IMG/VR virus record: IMGVR_UViG_3300050139_000117
Coordinates: 1 to 58,317 of that record
Source: a virus
Taxonomy: Duplodnaviria; Caudoviricetes
Reading direction: 5' to 3' (one strand)
DNA length: 58,317 bases
Positions within the stretch are counted from its first letter, which is position 1, and the number at the start of each line of letters is the position of its first letter. Shown here piece by piece: positions 28,701 to 38,315 of the stretch. Under the pieces are notes generated by a model. The model did not search any database and was not told the DNA's origin. It saw nothing but the letters and a program-made list of their open reading frames with translations. The position numbers and the translations under genes are program-made.

Positions 28701-29125
28701 ATGGTAAATGCTCCAGAAGAGTTTTGTCTCCACTCCTCTTTTGTTTTATATTTTAAAGCATCTTCTTTACATGTTTCTAATGTCCAATATCCACTTGGCA
28801 CACGAGTTTCTATCATATGTGCACAACATTCTTTCATCCAACTATTTTTCTGTGCCGCTGTTACGGCAGCATTAGAATTATCACGCCATTCTTTTTTTGT
28901 TTGATATTTCAAAGCATCTTCCTTGCACCTTTCAATAGTCCAATAATTTTTAGGTTTTTGTACTGATGTCATATGAATACAACATAAATCAAGCCAATCA
29001 TTGGAAGCAGCAGCATTATAACCAGATGAATTTCGACACCATTCAGTTCTGGTTTTATAAATTAGAGCATCCTTTTTACAGAGCTCAAGTGTCCATTTTT
29101 TATCGCCCTTTTTCATTTTTAACAA
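25727..29125 (-). CDS. Repeat-SF2 helicase-Rrp8-like methyltransferase fusion (cargo)
   Basis: Five WT.E.CK.DALKY.TK.EW repeats; GVGKT, LDEIH, MTATP, QLIWRIHRQG; YH..WPEDP, ADFGCG, DVSHVPL..SVDVVVCCL. Confidence 0.8.
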   Translation of the reverse strand: MLKMKKGDKKWTLELCKKDALIYKTRTEWCRNSSGYNAAASNDWLDLCCIHMTSVQKPKNYWTIERCKEDALKYQTKKEWRDNSNAAVTAAQKNSWMKECCAHMIETRVPSGYWTLETCKEDALKYKTKEEWRQNSSGAFTIASKKGWSEDCCLHMISERVPYNFWTKEECIKNALQFTTKTEWKKSKNSSYSKALTNGWMNQCSAHMDVLMLKRTLNECKEDALLYNTKNEWKQQSYNTYQTAQKNGWLDECGAHMVNQISLNSYIKKQNVVNYLKEIRDNFSTLTISQILIILSGCNELKILKTEGLVEAISLPPIEREKKINEIIKREEEKVELLNPEEEIITEELLQEEKEITSSSIEQILIQSNRDDSESSIQDVTFDSLTNLIKQLDKQVHNRMNEESIEALISIETNKLLNGVLNETITVQEIEKALSLPTENEIANKVTKFVKERFLASYYGAMNLDLKGYSGINEPRIMQRMMAHMALTTKSFFNFSLGGVGKTIAAIITSRIIDSKMTVVICLNSTIDQWKKEILGCYPNSTVYFKHEINQIKNDSNYKYLVLNYESFQGNEGKKLAKYLIENLNVDFILLDEIHKAKQRDEDKSSNRKETITNLIGSYKQKNENLRVVGMTATPILNNLTEFKYLLEMVMSENFSKDSQDINNPYLSLKTNFNIPNAFEMHKHVARTSIRCKLNLKTKFKQKIITRTSNHLSGQILTLNNNGSIKKIASGLEYEQIVLQEKLTLIEDKLIKGTIIYSYYTEGIINKIKAFVESKGFSVGLYTGEDKSGLDKFKEGKYDILVASSAIGTGVDGVQKISNRIIATCLPWTHGELLQLIWRIHRQGSSFDLVDLIIPQIYFTYLDEEYSVDKFKLGNINLKKNKSDAAIDGDIAKISAAEEQILMGLCVEKLNNIFNNHETAIYNIFREKLPVDLFDISFDDFKKMRSELGEISQMHKDWTSRRSENVNKIFKNNPEKWFYYHALRKEKIKTWPEDPLMIIAARLKSRPDWIVADFGCGENRLRNEIINKIHAFDHVAFDDSVIACDVSHVPLNDASVDVVVCCLNLWGPNWLDQILEAKRILKPFGRIFIAEKSSRWKGKENELKSKVEVSGFQCFDAIRNTGKFIYLNGEKL

Positions 29126-29342
29126 TCACTTTCATCGCATCATTGAAATCAATATCAATTTCATTAGCTATGTCTGCATTCATTTCTCTTAATACCAGTT
29201 TTAATTGAATTAGTTCCGCATCACTGAATGTGCTGGTGTGTTTAGAATTGAGTTTATTACAGAAGGTTCCGAGTGGCATTTTTATTTGTTTCGCCAGTAT
29301 CCCCTTATTTATTTTCCATTTATTTATAAGCTTTTCCATCAA
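29100..29342 (-). CDS. Small HTH-like regulator (cargo)
   Basis: KGILAKQIKMPLGTFCNKLN. Confidence 0.5.
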   Translation of the reverse strand: MMEKLINKWKINKGILAKQIKMPLGTFCNKLNSKHTSTFSDAELIQLKLVLREMNADIANEIDIDFNDAMKVIVKNEKGR

Positions 29343-29393
29343 AGTAAATTTTGTACAAAGGTACGATTTTTACTTGATATGTGCAAGTTGAAG

Positions 29394-30341
29394 TTAAACC
29401 AGAATCAGTTTTTTATACGGAATTGGTTGGGCTATATTCTTCAAGAACACATTAAATCTGTTAGCTACGCTTTCTGTTCTGGTATTATATCTAAACACAA
29501 ATTCATTCACATATTTCTGCAAGTGTTTCTTGCTAACCTTGTGATAAATACCATTAAGACCACGCTTAAGCAATGACCAGAAGCCCTCCAGTGTATTGGT
29601 GTGCGAGTCTCCTACAACATATTGTCCAGCTTTATGTTTCACAACAGTATGCTTGTATGTCTTATCCAGACCCTTGTAGCCTCTCCACTCATCGGTATGT
29701 AAGTTGCTTCCCAATTCCAGATGTTTGTTGATGAACTCTTTTAGATTCTTTCCTTTGGTGTCTGGCACCACTTCTGCACGTAGTTCTCCATCACGCTGGA
29801 TGATACCTACAATTGGTGTCTTTGTCTTCGTGCTACGACCTTGTGTGCCATAAGTCTTTTTGTTTTTATGTTTGTTCTTTTCAGCACCGCCAATATAAGT
29901 TTCATCCACTTCACAACTACCAGATAATTTATCTTTGCCTGTTGTTAGTCCAAATGTGGTTCTTATTCTGTGTAGCATATACCATGCAGTTTTCTGTGTA
30001 ACACCAATGTCGGTTGCCAGTTGTATAGATGATATACCTTTCTTATGAGATGTAACCAAATAGATTGCTGCATACCATTTCTGTAAAGATATTTTGGTGT
30101 CTTCGAAAATAGTTCCTACCTTTACGCTGTAGATTCGTTCACACTTAACGCATTTATAACGACCTTTGCACCTGTATACTTTATCATGTTGGCAGTAAGC
30201 ACATTTTAGCTCACCATTCCAACGTAGCTTTTCTAAGTAGTTAATGCAAATAGTTTCATTCTTAAAGTAAGACAGGAGGCTAAGTAGGTTGTCGAATTTT
30301 TGTAGTTGTATCATATTGTTCTTTATTATAAATATGAACAA
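29394..30341 (-). CDS. IS1595-family DDE transposase
   Basis: Zn ribbon CAYC..CVKC; SSIQLA..GVTQKTAW; EVDETYIGG; HTDEW..Y; HTNTLEGFWS; YVNEFVFRYN. Confidence 0.95.
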   Translation of the reverse strand: MFIFIIKNNMIQLQKFDNLLSLLSYFKNETICINYLEKLRWNGELKCAYCQHDKVYRCKGRYKCVKCERIYSVKVGTIFEDTKISLQKWYAAIYLVTSHKKGISSIQLATDIGVTQKTAWYMLHRIRTTFGLTTGKDKLSGSCEVDETYIGGAEKNKHKNKKTYGTQGRSTKTKTPIVGIIQRDGELRAEVVPDTKGKNLKEFINKHLELGSNLHTDEWRGYKGLDKTYKHTVVKHKAGQYVVGDSHTNTLEGFWSLLKRGLNGIYHKVSKKHLQKYVNEFVFRYNTRTESVANRFNVFLKNIAQPIPYKKLILV

Positions 30342-30446
30342 TAATTGAAATCAATTACAAAATTAAGTATATGTGGTGTAAAGTGTTGATAATCAAGGAT
30401 AAAAAGATTTAATTTGTATGAATAGATATATAACTACCTTAATTTA

Positions 30447-31112
30447 TTAAATAGCAAAATCTATATAGGTTTACATTCTACTGATGATATAAACGATAAT
30501 TACTTAGGTTCTGGTGTCTTTTTAAAAAAAGCAATAAAAAAATATGGTCGAGAAAACTTTAAAAAAGAAATTTTATTCATTTTTGATAATAAATCAGATA
30601 TGATAAAAAAAGAAAAAGAATTAGTTAACGAAGCATTTATATTAAGAAAAAACACTTACAATATGGCTAAAGGTGGTTATGGTTTATCAACACTATCAGA
30701 CAAAAAAAGGAAAAAAGCAATAATTAAAATGAAAAAGACTAAAAAAACTCAAAATTTAAGTTTAATTGCTAAAAAACGAATTAAAACTATGTTAACTGAT
30801 GACCCAGAGTGTTTTAGTAAAATAGCGGCTAAATCTTCAACTAAGCAAAAAGATAACTACTCAAAAGGTTATATAAACCCAAAACAAAGATTAGACGATG
30901 TTATTATTTATAATCAATATAATGAAGTGATGTATAGATGTAAACGTATCGAACTAACTACTTTATGTTCTAAGCATGATTTACCTATCCGTGTTATTAT
31001 CAAATCAATACAAACCAAAGGATTACCATTATATACAACACAAGCTCCTAGAAAAGAAACTTATGTTAAATATACAGGTTGGTATGCCATTTATGAGAAT
31101 GATTTACATTAA
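30447..31112 (+). pseudogene. 3' part of the interrupted GIY-YIG homing endonuclease
   Basis: KIYIGLHSTDDINDNYLGSG...KKYGRENFKKEIL in frame with ORF 30600..31112. Confidence 0.85.
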
Positions 31113-32170
31113 ACTTTTTCTTGGTCAAAGAAGTAACGTCTAGCAATTTCAGATACATACTTAGACACATCTTTTGGTTCTAAACCAGCTTCAATTAATA
31201 TATCTGAATCTTCCTTTAACACATCATCCATAACCATCTTAAGATAAAACCCTAATTTAGCTCTATCAAGTTCACCGCCATTACCTAAATCACATGATTT
31301 TTCAATCATTTGAGCAAGTCTCCAAGTTGGTGTTACTTTATCAGCAATTTCACGTGCTTTATTAATTTTTACATCATCAACTTTACTAAGTGTCTTAACT
31401 TTAGATTTACCAGCGTGAAGTTCACCCTTCACCTTGAACCTGTGAACAACATTCTTGAACTCACAAGACCATACGATACCTTCACCAATTCCAGAGAATC
31501 CAAAAGCTTTACCAACTGGACATTCTTCTTCAACAGCAATGGTTAATTCGCTTAGTTTGTTTTGAACCATTTCTGGCTCATTGAAGTTGATATCAATTTC
31601 CCATGTTTGGTAATCATTGATATTGAAAATCCTTTGTTCTGGACTTCTTAAGTATGTGTGGTCAACCCAGTATGATGGATTGGCTTTAACAGCGGCCTCA
31701 TCGTTCTTATCAACAATTGGACTAATCTTAACGCCAAAGATAAAGAATGATTTAGGAAGATTATTAAGTGCAACAGTTTTTTGAATGCTACCGCCAGCCC
31801 ACTCACCAAAGATTGAAATAGTATTCATTGCAGTATCTACATGTGTGTTATCAACTACTTTGTCAACTAAACTATGAAATGATTCCTTATTGCTTTCAAC
31901 AAAGAAAGCAAAGCCCATGTTATCTGCTTCTGGTGTGATTATATTCTCTTTTGATTGAGCCCATAGACCACCAACTGTGTTATAACAAACAGCAGCATTG
32001 GTACCATGTAGTTTTACAGTACCTTTAAATGTAAGTGTCGGTTTAATCTTGGTATGGTCGTAAATTGCTTCACCATTTTCATCAAGACCAACAAAATTAA
32101 ATTGTCTATTAACACTAGCAACTACATTTCTGAATTGCTCAATGCTAGGCATACTAATGTGTTTTTTCAT
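31109..32170 (-). CDS. RNA ligase, Rnl2-like
   Basis: TVKLHGTNA (KxHGxN), FGEWAG, GEGIVW, FKVK. Confidence 0.85.
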   Translation of the reverse strand: MKKHISMPSIEQFRNVVASVNRQFNFVGLDENGEAIYDHTKIKPTLTFKGTVKLHGTNAAVCYNTVGGLWAQSKENIITPEADNMGFAFFVESNKESFHSLVDKVVDNTHVDTAMNTISIFGEWAGGSIQKTVALNNLPKSFFIFGVKISPIVDKNDEAAVKANPSYWVDHTYLRSPEQRIFNINDYQTWEIDINFNEPEMVQNKLSELTIAVEEECPVGKAFGFSGIGEGIVWSCEFKNVVHRFKVKGELHAGKSKVKTLSKVDDVKINKAREIADKVTPTWRLAQMIEKSCDLGNGGELDRAKLGFYLKMVMDDVLKEDSDILIEAGLEPKDVSKYVSEIARRYFFDQEKV

Positions 32171-32171
32171 T

Positions 32172-32450
32172 TTATTTGTCTTTAAATTTTTCTACTTCGA
32201 TAACTATAACTTTAGTATCTTCTAATTGTTTTTTTAATTTAGATAATAAGGTTTGATATACATAAATATCAGCTATTTCTTTATTTATATCATTAGATTT
32301 TTTCTTATCCTCATCAGTAATTGGTGGTTCAACTTCATACACCATTTGTATTGCTCTTAAGGTATGAAAACCACTATTTTCATAGTATGTTTGTGTTGAC
32401 TGAATTGCTTCAATCTCTTTATCTAAAACAATTTTAAAATCGTCTAACAT
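32172..32450 (-). CDS. Hypothetical protein
   Basis: Coupled ORF. Confidence 0.5.
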   Translation of the reverse strand: MLDDFKIVLDKEIEAIQSTQTYYENSGFHTLRAIQMVYEVEPPITDEDKKKSNDINKEIADIYVYQTLLSKLKKQLEDTKVIVIEVEKFKDK

Positions 32451-32737
32451 TATTTTCCTTCTTTTTTATACCCTTGTACACGATAATTTAAAGCCGCATT
32501 AAAATCTTTAGCTGCTTGTATTTCTTTAACAATAACTGTTGATTTATCCGCAACATTTTCCAATGCGTTTAATCTATCAGAACCATCAATCCTAGCATCT
32601 GCTTCAGTCTTGTGGTCTGGGCTAACATCCCATTTAACAGCTAACCCTTTTTCTCGTAGGGTATCAACAATTTCTTGTGCTATGCGTGTTTTTCCACTAC
32701 CAAAGGCACCAATTATTTGTATTTGTATTCCGTTCAT
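32450..32737 (-). CDS. Small P-loop-containing protein
   Basis: GAFGSGKT Walker A. Confidence 0.55.
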   Translation of the reverse strand: MNGIQIQIIGAFGSGKTRIAQEIVDTLREKGLAVKWDVSPDHKTEADARIDGSDRLNALENVADKSTVIVKEIQAAKDFNAALNYRVQGYKKEGK

Positions 32738-32739
32738 AA

Positions 32740-33210
32740 TTAAAAATTAAATGTTATACTTGGGGTTACATAATTTACCCCATCCCAATTGCTGTATGTA
32801 ATACCATAACCCATTTTACCTACACTGTATGATAATCCAGCACCATATTCTATTAATCGATGTGTAGAGTTAAAATATCCACCCCAACCAAAAATAACAT
32901 TTGCACTTAATGGACCGCTGATTGGAATATAACCAGCACCTTTAAATTCAAAATAATAATTTGCTAAAATATCTGTCTTTTCAGCAAAACCAACCAAGTT
33001 ACCACGACCAAAAATACCACCAAAGGAAATATTTTTATACATAGCACCAGCTTCTAGAGCGACATATGATGCGGCATTAAAATTGTTCCCATTTGATGTT
33101 GATAATCCAGCTGAAACATAGCCAGTAATTTTGGATTTCGTTGAATCCGTTTGTGCTGTAACAAATGTTGTAATCAAACACGCAAATGCTAATAGAAATA
33201 CTTTTTTCAT
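32740..33210 (-). CDS. Putative small outer-membrane beta-barrel
   Basis: Signal peptide, alternating aromatic/Gly strands, terminal Phe. Confidence 0.6.
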   Translation of the reverse strand: MKKVFLLAFACLITTFVTAQTDSTKSKITGYVSAGLSTSNGNNFNAASYVALEAGAMYKNISFGGIFGRGNLVGFAEKTDILANYYFEFKGAGYIPISGPLSANVIFGWGGYFNSTHRLIEYGAGLSYSVGKMGYGITYSNWDGVNYVTPSITFNF

Positions 33211-33217
33211 TTTATTT

Positions 33218-33637
33218 TTAGTAAATTAATTCGGGAACTATTTCCCTTGTGGTGTTGTCTTTCAATAAGACTCTGTATTTTACATAGTAGTTGTACTTCC
33301 CACCACCAATCAGTACATCTTCTATTACTACCCTTGCTGAATCATTCTTAAGATAAGCCAAATCACCAACCTTATATTTTAGCTGGCCAGTTACTTCATC
33401 TCTACGAACCATTGCTTGGGTAAGTGTCTTGTATTTAGATAATTCAGCGTTTGCACGAAACAATGAATCTCTAATTAATGAACAAGTTGAACTTATCGAT
33501 TGTTCACGAGCTAATTTTTCGTTTTTCTCAGCAAGTTCTTTTTTATCACCTCGAATGCACCAGATGAGTGAACCAAACCCGACTCCATATACGAAAAGAA
33601 GTCCTAAGACTAAACCAATAATCTGTTTTTTACTCAT
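33218..33637 (-). CDS. Membrane-anchored hypothetical protein
   Basis: N-terminal TM helix, coiled coil, small beta domain. Confidence 0.55.
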   Translation of the reverse strand: MSKKQIIGLVLGLLFVYGVGFGSLIWCIRGDKKELAEKNEKLAREQSISSTCSLIRDSLFRANAELSKYKTLTQAMVRRDEVTGQLKYKVGDLAYLKNDSARVVIEDVLIGGGKYNYYVKYRVLLKDNTTREIVPELIY

Positions 33638-33647
33638 TGTTTAAGTT

Positions 33648-35039
33648 TTAACTTTTAACTGTTAATGTCTTAGCCATTTCTTCAATTTCTTTGCAAGATT
33701 CTAAGGTATCACAAGTATTCTTGTCGGGTCTCAATTCAGTTACAGATGGATGTTGTGTTGACCAACCTTTATCTGTTTGTGAAAGTCCACAACATCTGAT
33801 TTCAACAATTGTACCCAAAAGTTCCGCTTGTCTTTTTGTTATATCGGCCATCATTTCTTCAGTCATCCCAGCTGGTGCTGTTTTTAACAAACCACATTCT
33901 GATTCCAACTCTAAAACTGAAATAACATTCTCGTTCTTGGTGCCTTTTGTACCATACTTAAATCCAACGATTCTCAAATCCATAGACATTTCAAGTTTCA
34001 TTTTGATTTGGTATGTTGGCTTACCATCTTTCCATCCAGCTTCAGATGATTTGATTATTGTTCCTTCTAAACCTCTTTTTTGAGTATCCAAGAAGTGTTC
34101 AATCGCTTCAGCATATGTTTTAATGTATCGTGTTTCAACAACACTAACATTTTCAAGATTATGACTAGATAAAGCAAGTTCAAGATTTTTAAACCTAACA
34201 CTATAAGGTGTGTCTGAATTTGCTTCAAAATATTCTTCAACTGTAATTTTATCCCAAACAGTAAATCGCATAGCGTTTAATGCATCGGCATAACTACCAT
34301 GCTTTTCTTCAAAAGCATCTATTTTCTTCTGAGTTTCCTCTGGGCCTCTTTCATTGGCTTTCTCTGTGATATCCATGATTGAGTTTACCATACCATTGGC
34401 TATCGTTCTTTTGAAACCATCAATGGTTAATTCACCATTCAATACACAGTCATCTAATGTTGATAACTCTTTCAAAAATTTTGCACCATCTAAAGATGAT
34501 ACTTCACCTTGTCTTGATATTAATTCTACTTCACCACTTCTTATAATAGCATTTCTGTAAGTTCCGTCAGCTTTAACTTGTGACATAACAACTTTACCTT
34601 TACCAAATAATTTAAGTGCTCCTTTCTCAGAGAATGATTTAGCACCTTGATATGGTGTTTCTTCAATGAGATTAGGTATAACCTTGTTTATCCCAGAGTC
34701 CATACCAATTTTCAAATCTTTATCAATAATGCGCTCAATAACGTAAGCATCATCTTCATTCAATGAAGTTAAGATTGATTTTAAATAACTAGTTGCTTCA
34801 CTGCCAGTTACTTTTCGACTAGATAATCCATCTAACCCAAGCATCGCCATATCCAACGAATGACCACCATTTGGTGTGTATTCTGGTATCTGCTTGATAT
34901 AAAATTTAATTCTTGGAGAATGTGCTAAATAAATTACTCGTTTAAGTAACTCATTATCTTTATGTTTACTTAATTCTTTACCTTTATCGTTTTTTCCACT
35001 GATAGCGGCAATTTTATCCAATATTAATTTAATACTCAT
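33648..35039 (-). CDS. ATP-dependent DNA ligase
   Basis: QVKADG, LNGEL, VWD, EGTIIK, KMK, C-terminal OB fold with HP...RPDK. Confidence 0.92.
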   Translation of the reverse strand: MSIKLILDKIAAISGKNDKGKELSKHKDNELLKRVIYLAHSPRIKFYIKQIPEYTPNGGHSLDMAMLGLDGLSSRKVTGSEATSYLKSILTSLNEDDAYVIERIIDKDLKIGMDSGINKVIPNLIEETPYQGAKSFSEKGALKLFGKGKVVMSQVKADGTYRNAIIRSGEVELISRQGEVSSLDGAKFLKELSTLDDCVLNGELTIDGFKRTIANGMVNSIMDITEKANERGPEETQKKIDAFEEKHGSYADALNAMRFTVWDKITVEEYFEANSDTPYSVRFKNLELALSSHNLENVSVVETRYIKTYAEAIEHFLDTQKRGLEGTIIKSSEAGWKDGKPTYQIKMKLEMSMDLRIVGFKYGTKGTKNENVISVLELESECGLLKTAPAGMTEEMMADITKRQAELLGTIVEIRCCGLSQTDKGWSTQHPSVTELRPDKNTCDTLESCKEIEEMAKTLTVKS

Positions 35040-35075
35040 AGTTGTGTTGGGTTTTGAAGTTACAAAGGTAGTTAA

Positions 35076-35699
35076 TTATTTTGACTCTGCCAAATCTTTT
35101 TCATTCAAAGCATTGTATAGCTGAATTTGATTGGTCATTACGAATTTAATGTTTTCATAAACAGGTTCCTGTTCTGGGAAACTTCGTCTTCCAGTCTTAA
35201 GCATAGGCACTGTTTTTTCAAGTGTCTCGTCAATGTAAGAAGCACGTTTTTGTGGTTTAAAACCATCAAGCATAGTCATTAGATTATGTACACGGTCAAA
35301 CCCCTTTGCTACAGATGCAATAGGACAAGTAGACATAATTTTATAATAAATGTCATCTGATATTCTAATACCTTCCACAACTTTAGACATTTTAAGAGTT
35401 GCATCAGCAACTAGCGAACCAAATAAATCTAATAATTCTTTGTGTGTAACGTTGTAGTCCTCCGTTAAATCATGTAATGCAATTACACACAGTGTTTCCT
35501 CTGGATATAAGAAGTTATCAACCATAGTTCTGGCATAACACAATTGACTGACTTGGTGAGAAAACTCTGGCTGCCCATCCTTTCTTGTCCCTTGATGGTA
35601 AGTTTCAGCGAAGTTCATCGCTCTAATTGCCTTATAGTATTTTCTGCCATCCATCCATGAACGAATAGCAATCTTCATCTTATTATAGTCTTGAGTCAT
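35076..35699 (-). CDS. RelA/SpoT-type HD hydrolase (small alarmone hydrolase-like)
   Basis: AETYHQGTRKDGQPEFSH...ALHDLTED...AKGFDRVHNL. Confidence 0.8.
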   Translation of the reverse strand: MTQDYNKMKIAIRSWMDGRKYYKAIRAMNFAETYHQGTRKDGQPEFSHQVSQLCYARTMVDNFLYPEETLCVIALHDLTEDYNVTHKELLDLFGSLVADATLKMSKVVEGIRISDDIYYKIMSTCPIASVAKGFDRVHNLMTMLDGFKPQKRASYIDETLEKTVPMLKTGRRSFPEQEPVYENIKFVMTNQIQLYNALNEKDLAESK

Positions 35700-35783
35700 A
35701 GTCTTCTTTTATACGCAAATTTAACAAAAAAGTTTCGATTTTTACTTTTTTCATGATATTTATATGTACCAACAAATACCAAC

Positions 35784-35957
35784 ATGGAAAAAACTAAATA
35801 CATGACATTCAGAATAACAAAAGAGTTATCTGAGGCATATAAAAATATGTGCAATAAGCAAGGATATACTTCTAGCAAGAGAATAAGAGCCCTTATGGAA
35901 CTTGACCTAAAATTATTAAAAAAGAACAAAAATATATTAATCAATGAAAGCAAGTAA
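35784..35957 (+). CDS. Small ribbon-helix-helix-like protein (not in ORF track)
   Basis: MEKTKYMTFRITKELSEAYKNMCNKQGYTSSKRIRALM...; overlaps the endonuclease start. Confidence 0.55.
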   Translation: MEKTKYMTFRITKELSEAYKNMCNKQGYTSSKRIRALMELDLKLLKKNKNILINESK

Positions 35958-36699
35958 TAGATTTTATGTATATGTGTATTTAGACCCCAGAAAATCTGGT
36001 AAATATGCTTATGGCGAATATACATTTGACTATGAACCATTTTATATTGGTAAAGGGTGTGAGAGACGAAAAGACAGACATATATTAGACTCAAAAAAAG
36101 ATAAAAAATCATATAAGCTTAATAAGATTAGAAAGATTATTTCCAAAAATTTATTGCCAATCATAATTACATATAAAGAAAATATGCTTGAAAATGATGC
36201 TATTGCTTTAGAAATAAAAATGATAAGTTCTATTGGTAGAGCTGATTTAAAATTAGGACCACTTACAAATCTAACAATTGGTGGCGATGGAGCTGCTGGG
36301 CATATAAAGTCAAAAGAAACTAGAGACAGATTATCAAAAGCCCATACTGGTAAAAAATTCAGCGAAGAACATAAAAGTAACATAGCTCTAAACCACCATG
36401 ATGTATCTGGAGAAAACAACCCTATGTTTGGAAGAAACCATTCAATTACAGTTGTTGAAAATTCAAGAAAAAGAGCTACTGGTAAAAAAGCAACTGAAAC
36501 AACCAAAGAAAAAATGCGTTTAAAAAGAAAAGGTTCTGGAAACGCAAACGCTAAACTATCAGAAAGAGATGTTCTGAAAATAAGAGATTTATATTTTAAT
36601 AAAGGAAAAACCATAACAGAATTAAGTAAAAAATATGATGTTAATCCACCGTGTATTGATAAAATAGTTAAAAGAAGAAGCTGGAAACATTTGTCTTAA
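35944..36699 (+). CDS. GIY-YIG-like homing endonuclease with NUMOD3/HTH motifs
   Basis: YVYVYLDP...PFYIGKG...GPLTNLTIGGDG...NPMFGRNHS. Confidence 0.8.
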   Translation: MKASNRFYVYVYLDPRKSGKYAYGEYTFDYEPFYIGKGCERRKDRHILDSKKDKKSYKLNKIRKIISKNLLPIIITYKENMLENDAIALEIKMISSIGRADLKLGPLTNLTIGGDGAAGHIKSKETRDRLSKAHTGKKFSEEHKSNIALNHHDVSGENNPMFGRNHSITVVENSRKRATGKKATETTKEKMRLKRKGSGNANAKLSERDVLKIRDLYFNKGKTITELSKKYDVNPPCIDKIVKRRSWKHLS

Positions 36700-36989
36700 A
36701 TTTGCCCACGCTCTTTGATATGTTGTTCATATATCTCAAGTGTTTTTTCTATTGCTTTTATTTCTTCAGCATATCTCTGTTGATGCATAATAGAAGCACT
36801 CTGTTTTCCAAATTTATAGTTCTCTTCAATTTTATCCTTCGCCCATTTATAAAAACTATCTTTAGATATTGACCTTAATTTATACTTTTGCTCAACAAGC
36901 TCTTCAATCAGCTCTTGAAACTCGTCAAGTCTTTTTTTTGATAACTTGGGCTTCAAAAACCATAATATATTGTTAATTTTATTTTTCAT
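36696..36989 (-). CDS. Hypothetical protein
   Basis: ORF in a run of small genes. Confidence 0.5.
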   Translation of the reverse strand: MKNKINNILWFLKPKLSKKRLDEFQELIEELVEQKYKLRSISKDSFYKWAKDKIEENYKFGKQSASIMHQQRYAEEIKAIEKTLEIYEQHIKERGQI

Positions 36990-36992
36990 TAG

Positions 36993-37220
36993 CTATTGTA
37001 ATAATGTTATGTCAGAAGCAATTACCTTAATGTCTAAATGATAGTTATCAAACGATTCTAATACAGCATATAAGTCTTTTCTTTGAACAAATTTTTCTTG
37101 TGCTCCTTCTATACTATCAGCCAATATATACACGCCATTTCTCAACGTAATAAACTCAAAAACCATTTCTTTATCAACTATAAAATGATAACTAGTTAAT
37201 TTAATGACATATAAATTCAT
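36993..37220 (-). CDS. Hypothetical protein
   Basis: Coupled ORF. Confidence 0.45.
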   Translation of the reverse strand: MNLYVIKLTSYHFIVDKEMVFEFITLRNGVYILADSIEGAQEKFVQRKDLYAVLESFDNYHLDIKVIASDITLLQ

Positions 37221-37582
37221 TTTTTAATTCGTTTACGTTTTGTTTCCCAATCTCGTTCAGAGATTATCTTAGCTGTTTCATAAACTCTTGTTTGTTTATT
37301 TGCACAAACATACATTCTAACATGTGGTTTATCTGCATAATGTATTTGACAAGCCATTACAGGAAAGTCTTTTTCGCTTCCTTCAGTACCTTCCATAACA
37401 ACAGTGAAATACATATAATTTTTCTTTCTTCCTGGTCCGATAAAATGGAAAACCTTTAATAAATCACCAATTAGAATCTGTTTACCAGTTTGGTCGTAAT
37501 ATGTGTTGTCTTTCAAGACTTCCTTTTGTTCTTCCGTCATATTATACGCACTTATTTTTATAAAATTCATACAACTCTTCAA
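37217..37582 (-). CDS. Hypothetical protein
   Basis: YDQTGKQILIGDLLKV motif; start likely MTEEQK. Confidence 0.55.
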   Translation of the reverse strand: MKSCMNFIKISAYNMTEEQKEVLKDNTYYDQTGKQILIGDLLKVFHFIGPGRKKNYMYFTVVMEGTEGSEKDFPVMACQIHYADKPHVRMYVCANKQTRVYETAKIISERDWETKRKRIKK

Positions 37583-38315
37583 TTGTCATGATATTATCAA
37601 TAAAACAATCATAAGGGCTAAAGCTGATACTTGCACTAAGCTCATTTGTTGTATAGTTATGATGTTCAGTGCCATTATCAGTATTTTTTAACCATTTAGC
37701 AAATTCAATAGTTTCATTTGATTTTGTCACATGATTTTTATTTTCATAACTTATAATGATTTCGTTAACTATAACTGTATTATCAGTGTTTAGCTTAAGC
37801 TTAGATAAGGTTTCATAACCTTTATAGTTTAAATCTTCATTAGAGTCTGCTGGTATATATTCTTCATATTCAACTTGAACTTCTCGGATACCACCTTTAA
37901 ATTCAATATATTTTTCTACAAATAATTTAGGTATTTGAGGCAGAGCATAACTTGGATATTTAGCTGGTAAAAAATCTGTAGTTGCTTCTATTTTAGCACA
38001 ACAAAATGGAACAAAGAAAGCCCCATCTTCATTATACAATAATATATCATTGGTTAATGGCAGCTTTGAAACTTCACTTACTCTGAAAACATATCTTATT
38101 CCCTCATTATTTGTATGAATCGCCCAATCATCTTTTTCAATCTTATCATTAGATACAAAATATAAATGTTGAGGCACACAAGCTTTATTCGTTTGAGTAG
38201 TTGAATTGGCATGGACCAATTGTTTATGCTCATCAAACATTAAAGCATTAACACTATCATGATAAATCTCATTACCTGTTGGCAACATAATTACTTTTAA
38301 TTTTCCCTTAATCAT
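37542..38315 (-). CDS. Hypothetical phage protein
   Basis: 257-aa ORF (PQHLYFVS, KIEATTD, LPQIP). Confidence 0.65.
   Translation of the reverse strand: MIKGKLKVIMLPTGNEIYHDSVNALMFDEHKQLVHANSTTQTNKACVPQHLYFVSNDKIEKDDWAIHTNNEGIRYVFRVSEVSKLPLTNDILLYNEDGAFFVPFCCAKIEATTDFLPAKYPSYALPQIPKLFVEKYIEFKGGIREVQVEYEEYIPADSNEDLNYKGYETLSKLKLNTDNTVIVNEIIISYENKNHVTKSNETIEFAKWLKNTDNGTEHHNYTTNELSASISFSPYDCFIDNIMTIEELYEFYKNKCV

Larger units (their letters stand above)
24667..30438 (-). mobile_element. IS1595-family cargo transposon, 5772 bp, 8-bp target duplication TTAATTTA
   Basis: TIRs GGTAATTATATACTTATT / GGTAGTTATATATCTATT; TSD at 24659-24666 and 30439-30446; internal transposase. Confidence 0.9.

Noticed and set aside
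35696-36614. Minus-strand ORFs 35696..36112 and 36042..36614, plus other antisense ORFs such as 1722..1979, 25764..26189 and 33691..34083
   Set aside because: They are shadows of well-supported genes on the opposite strand.
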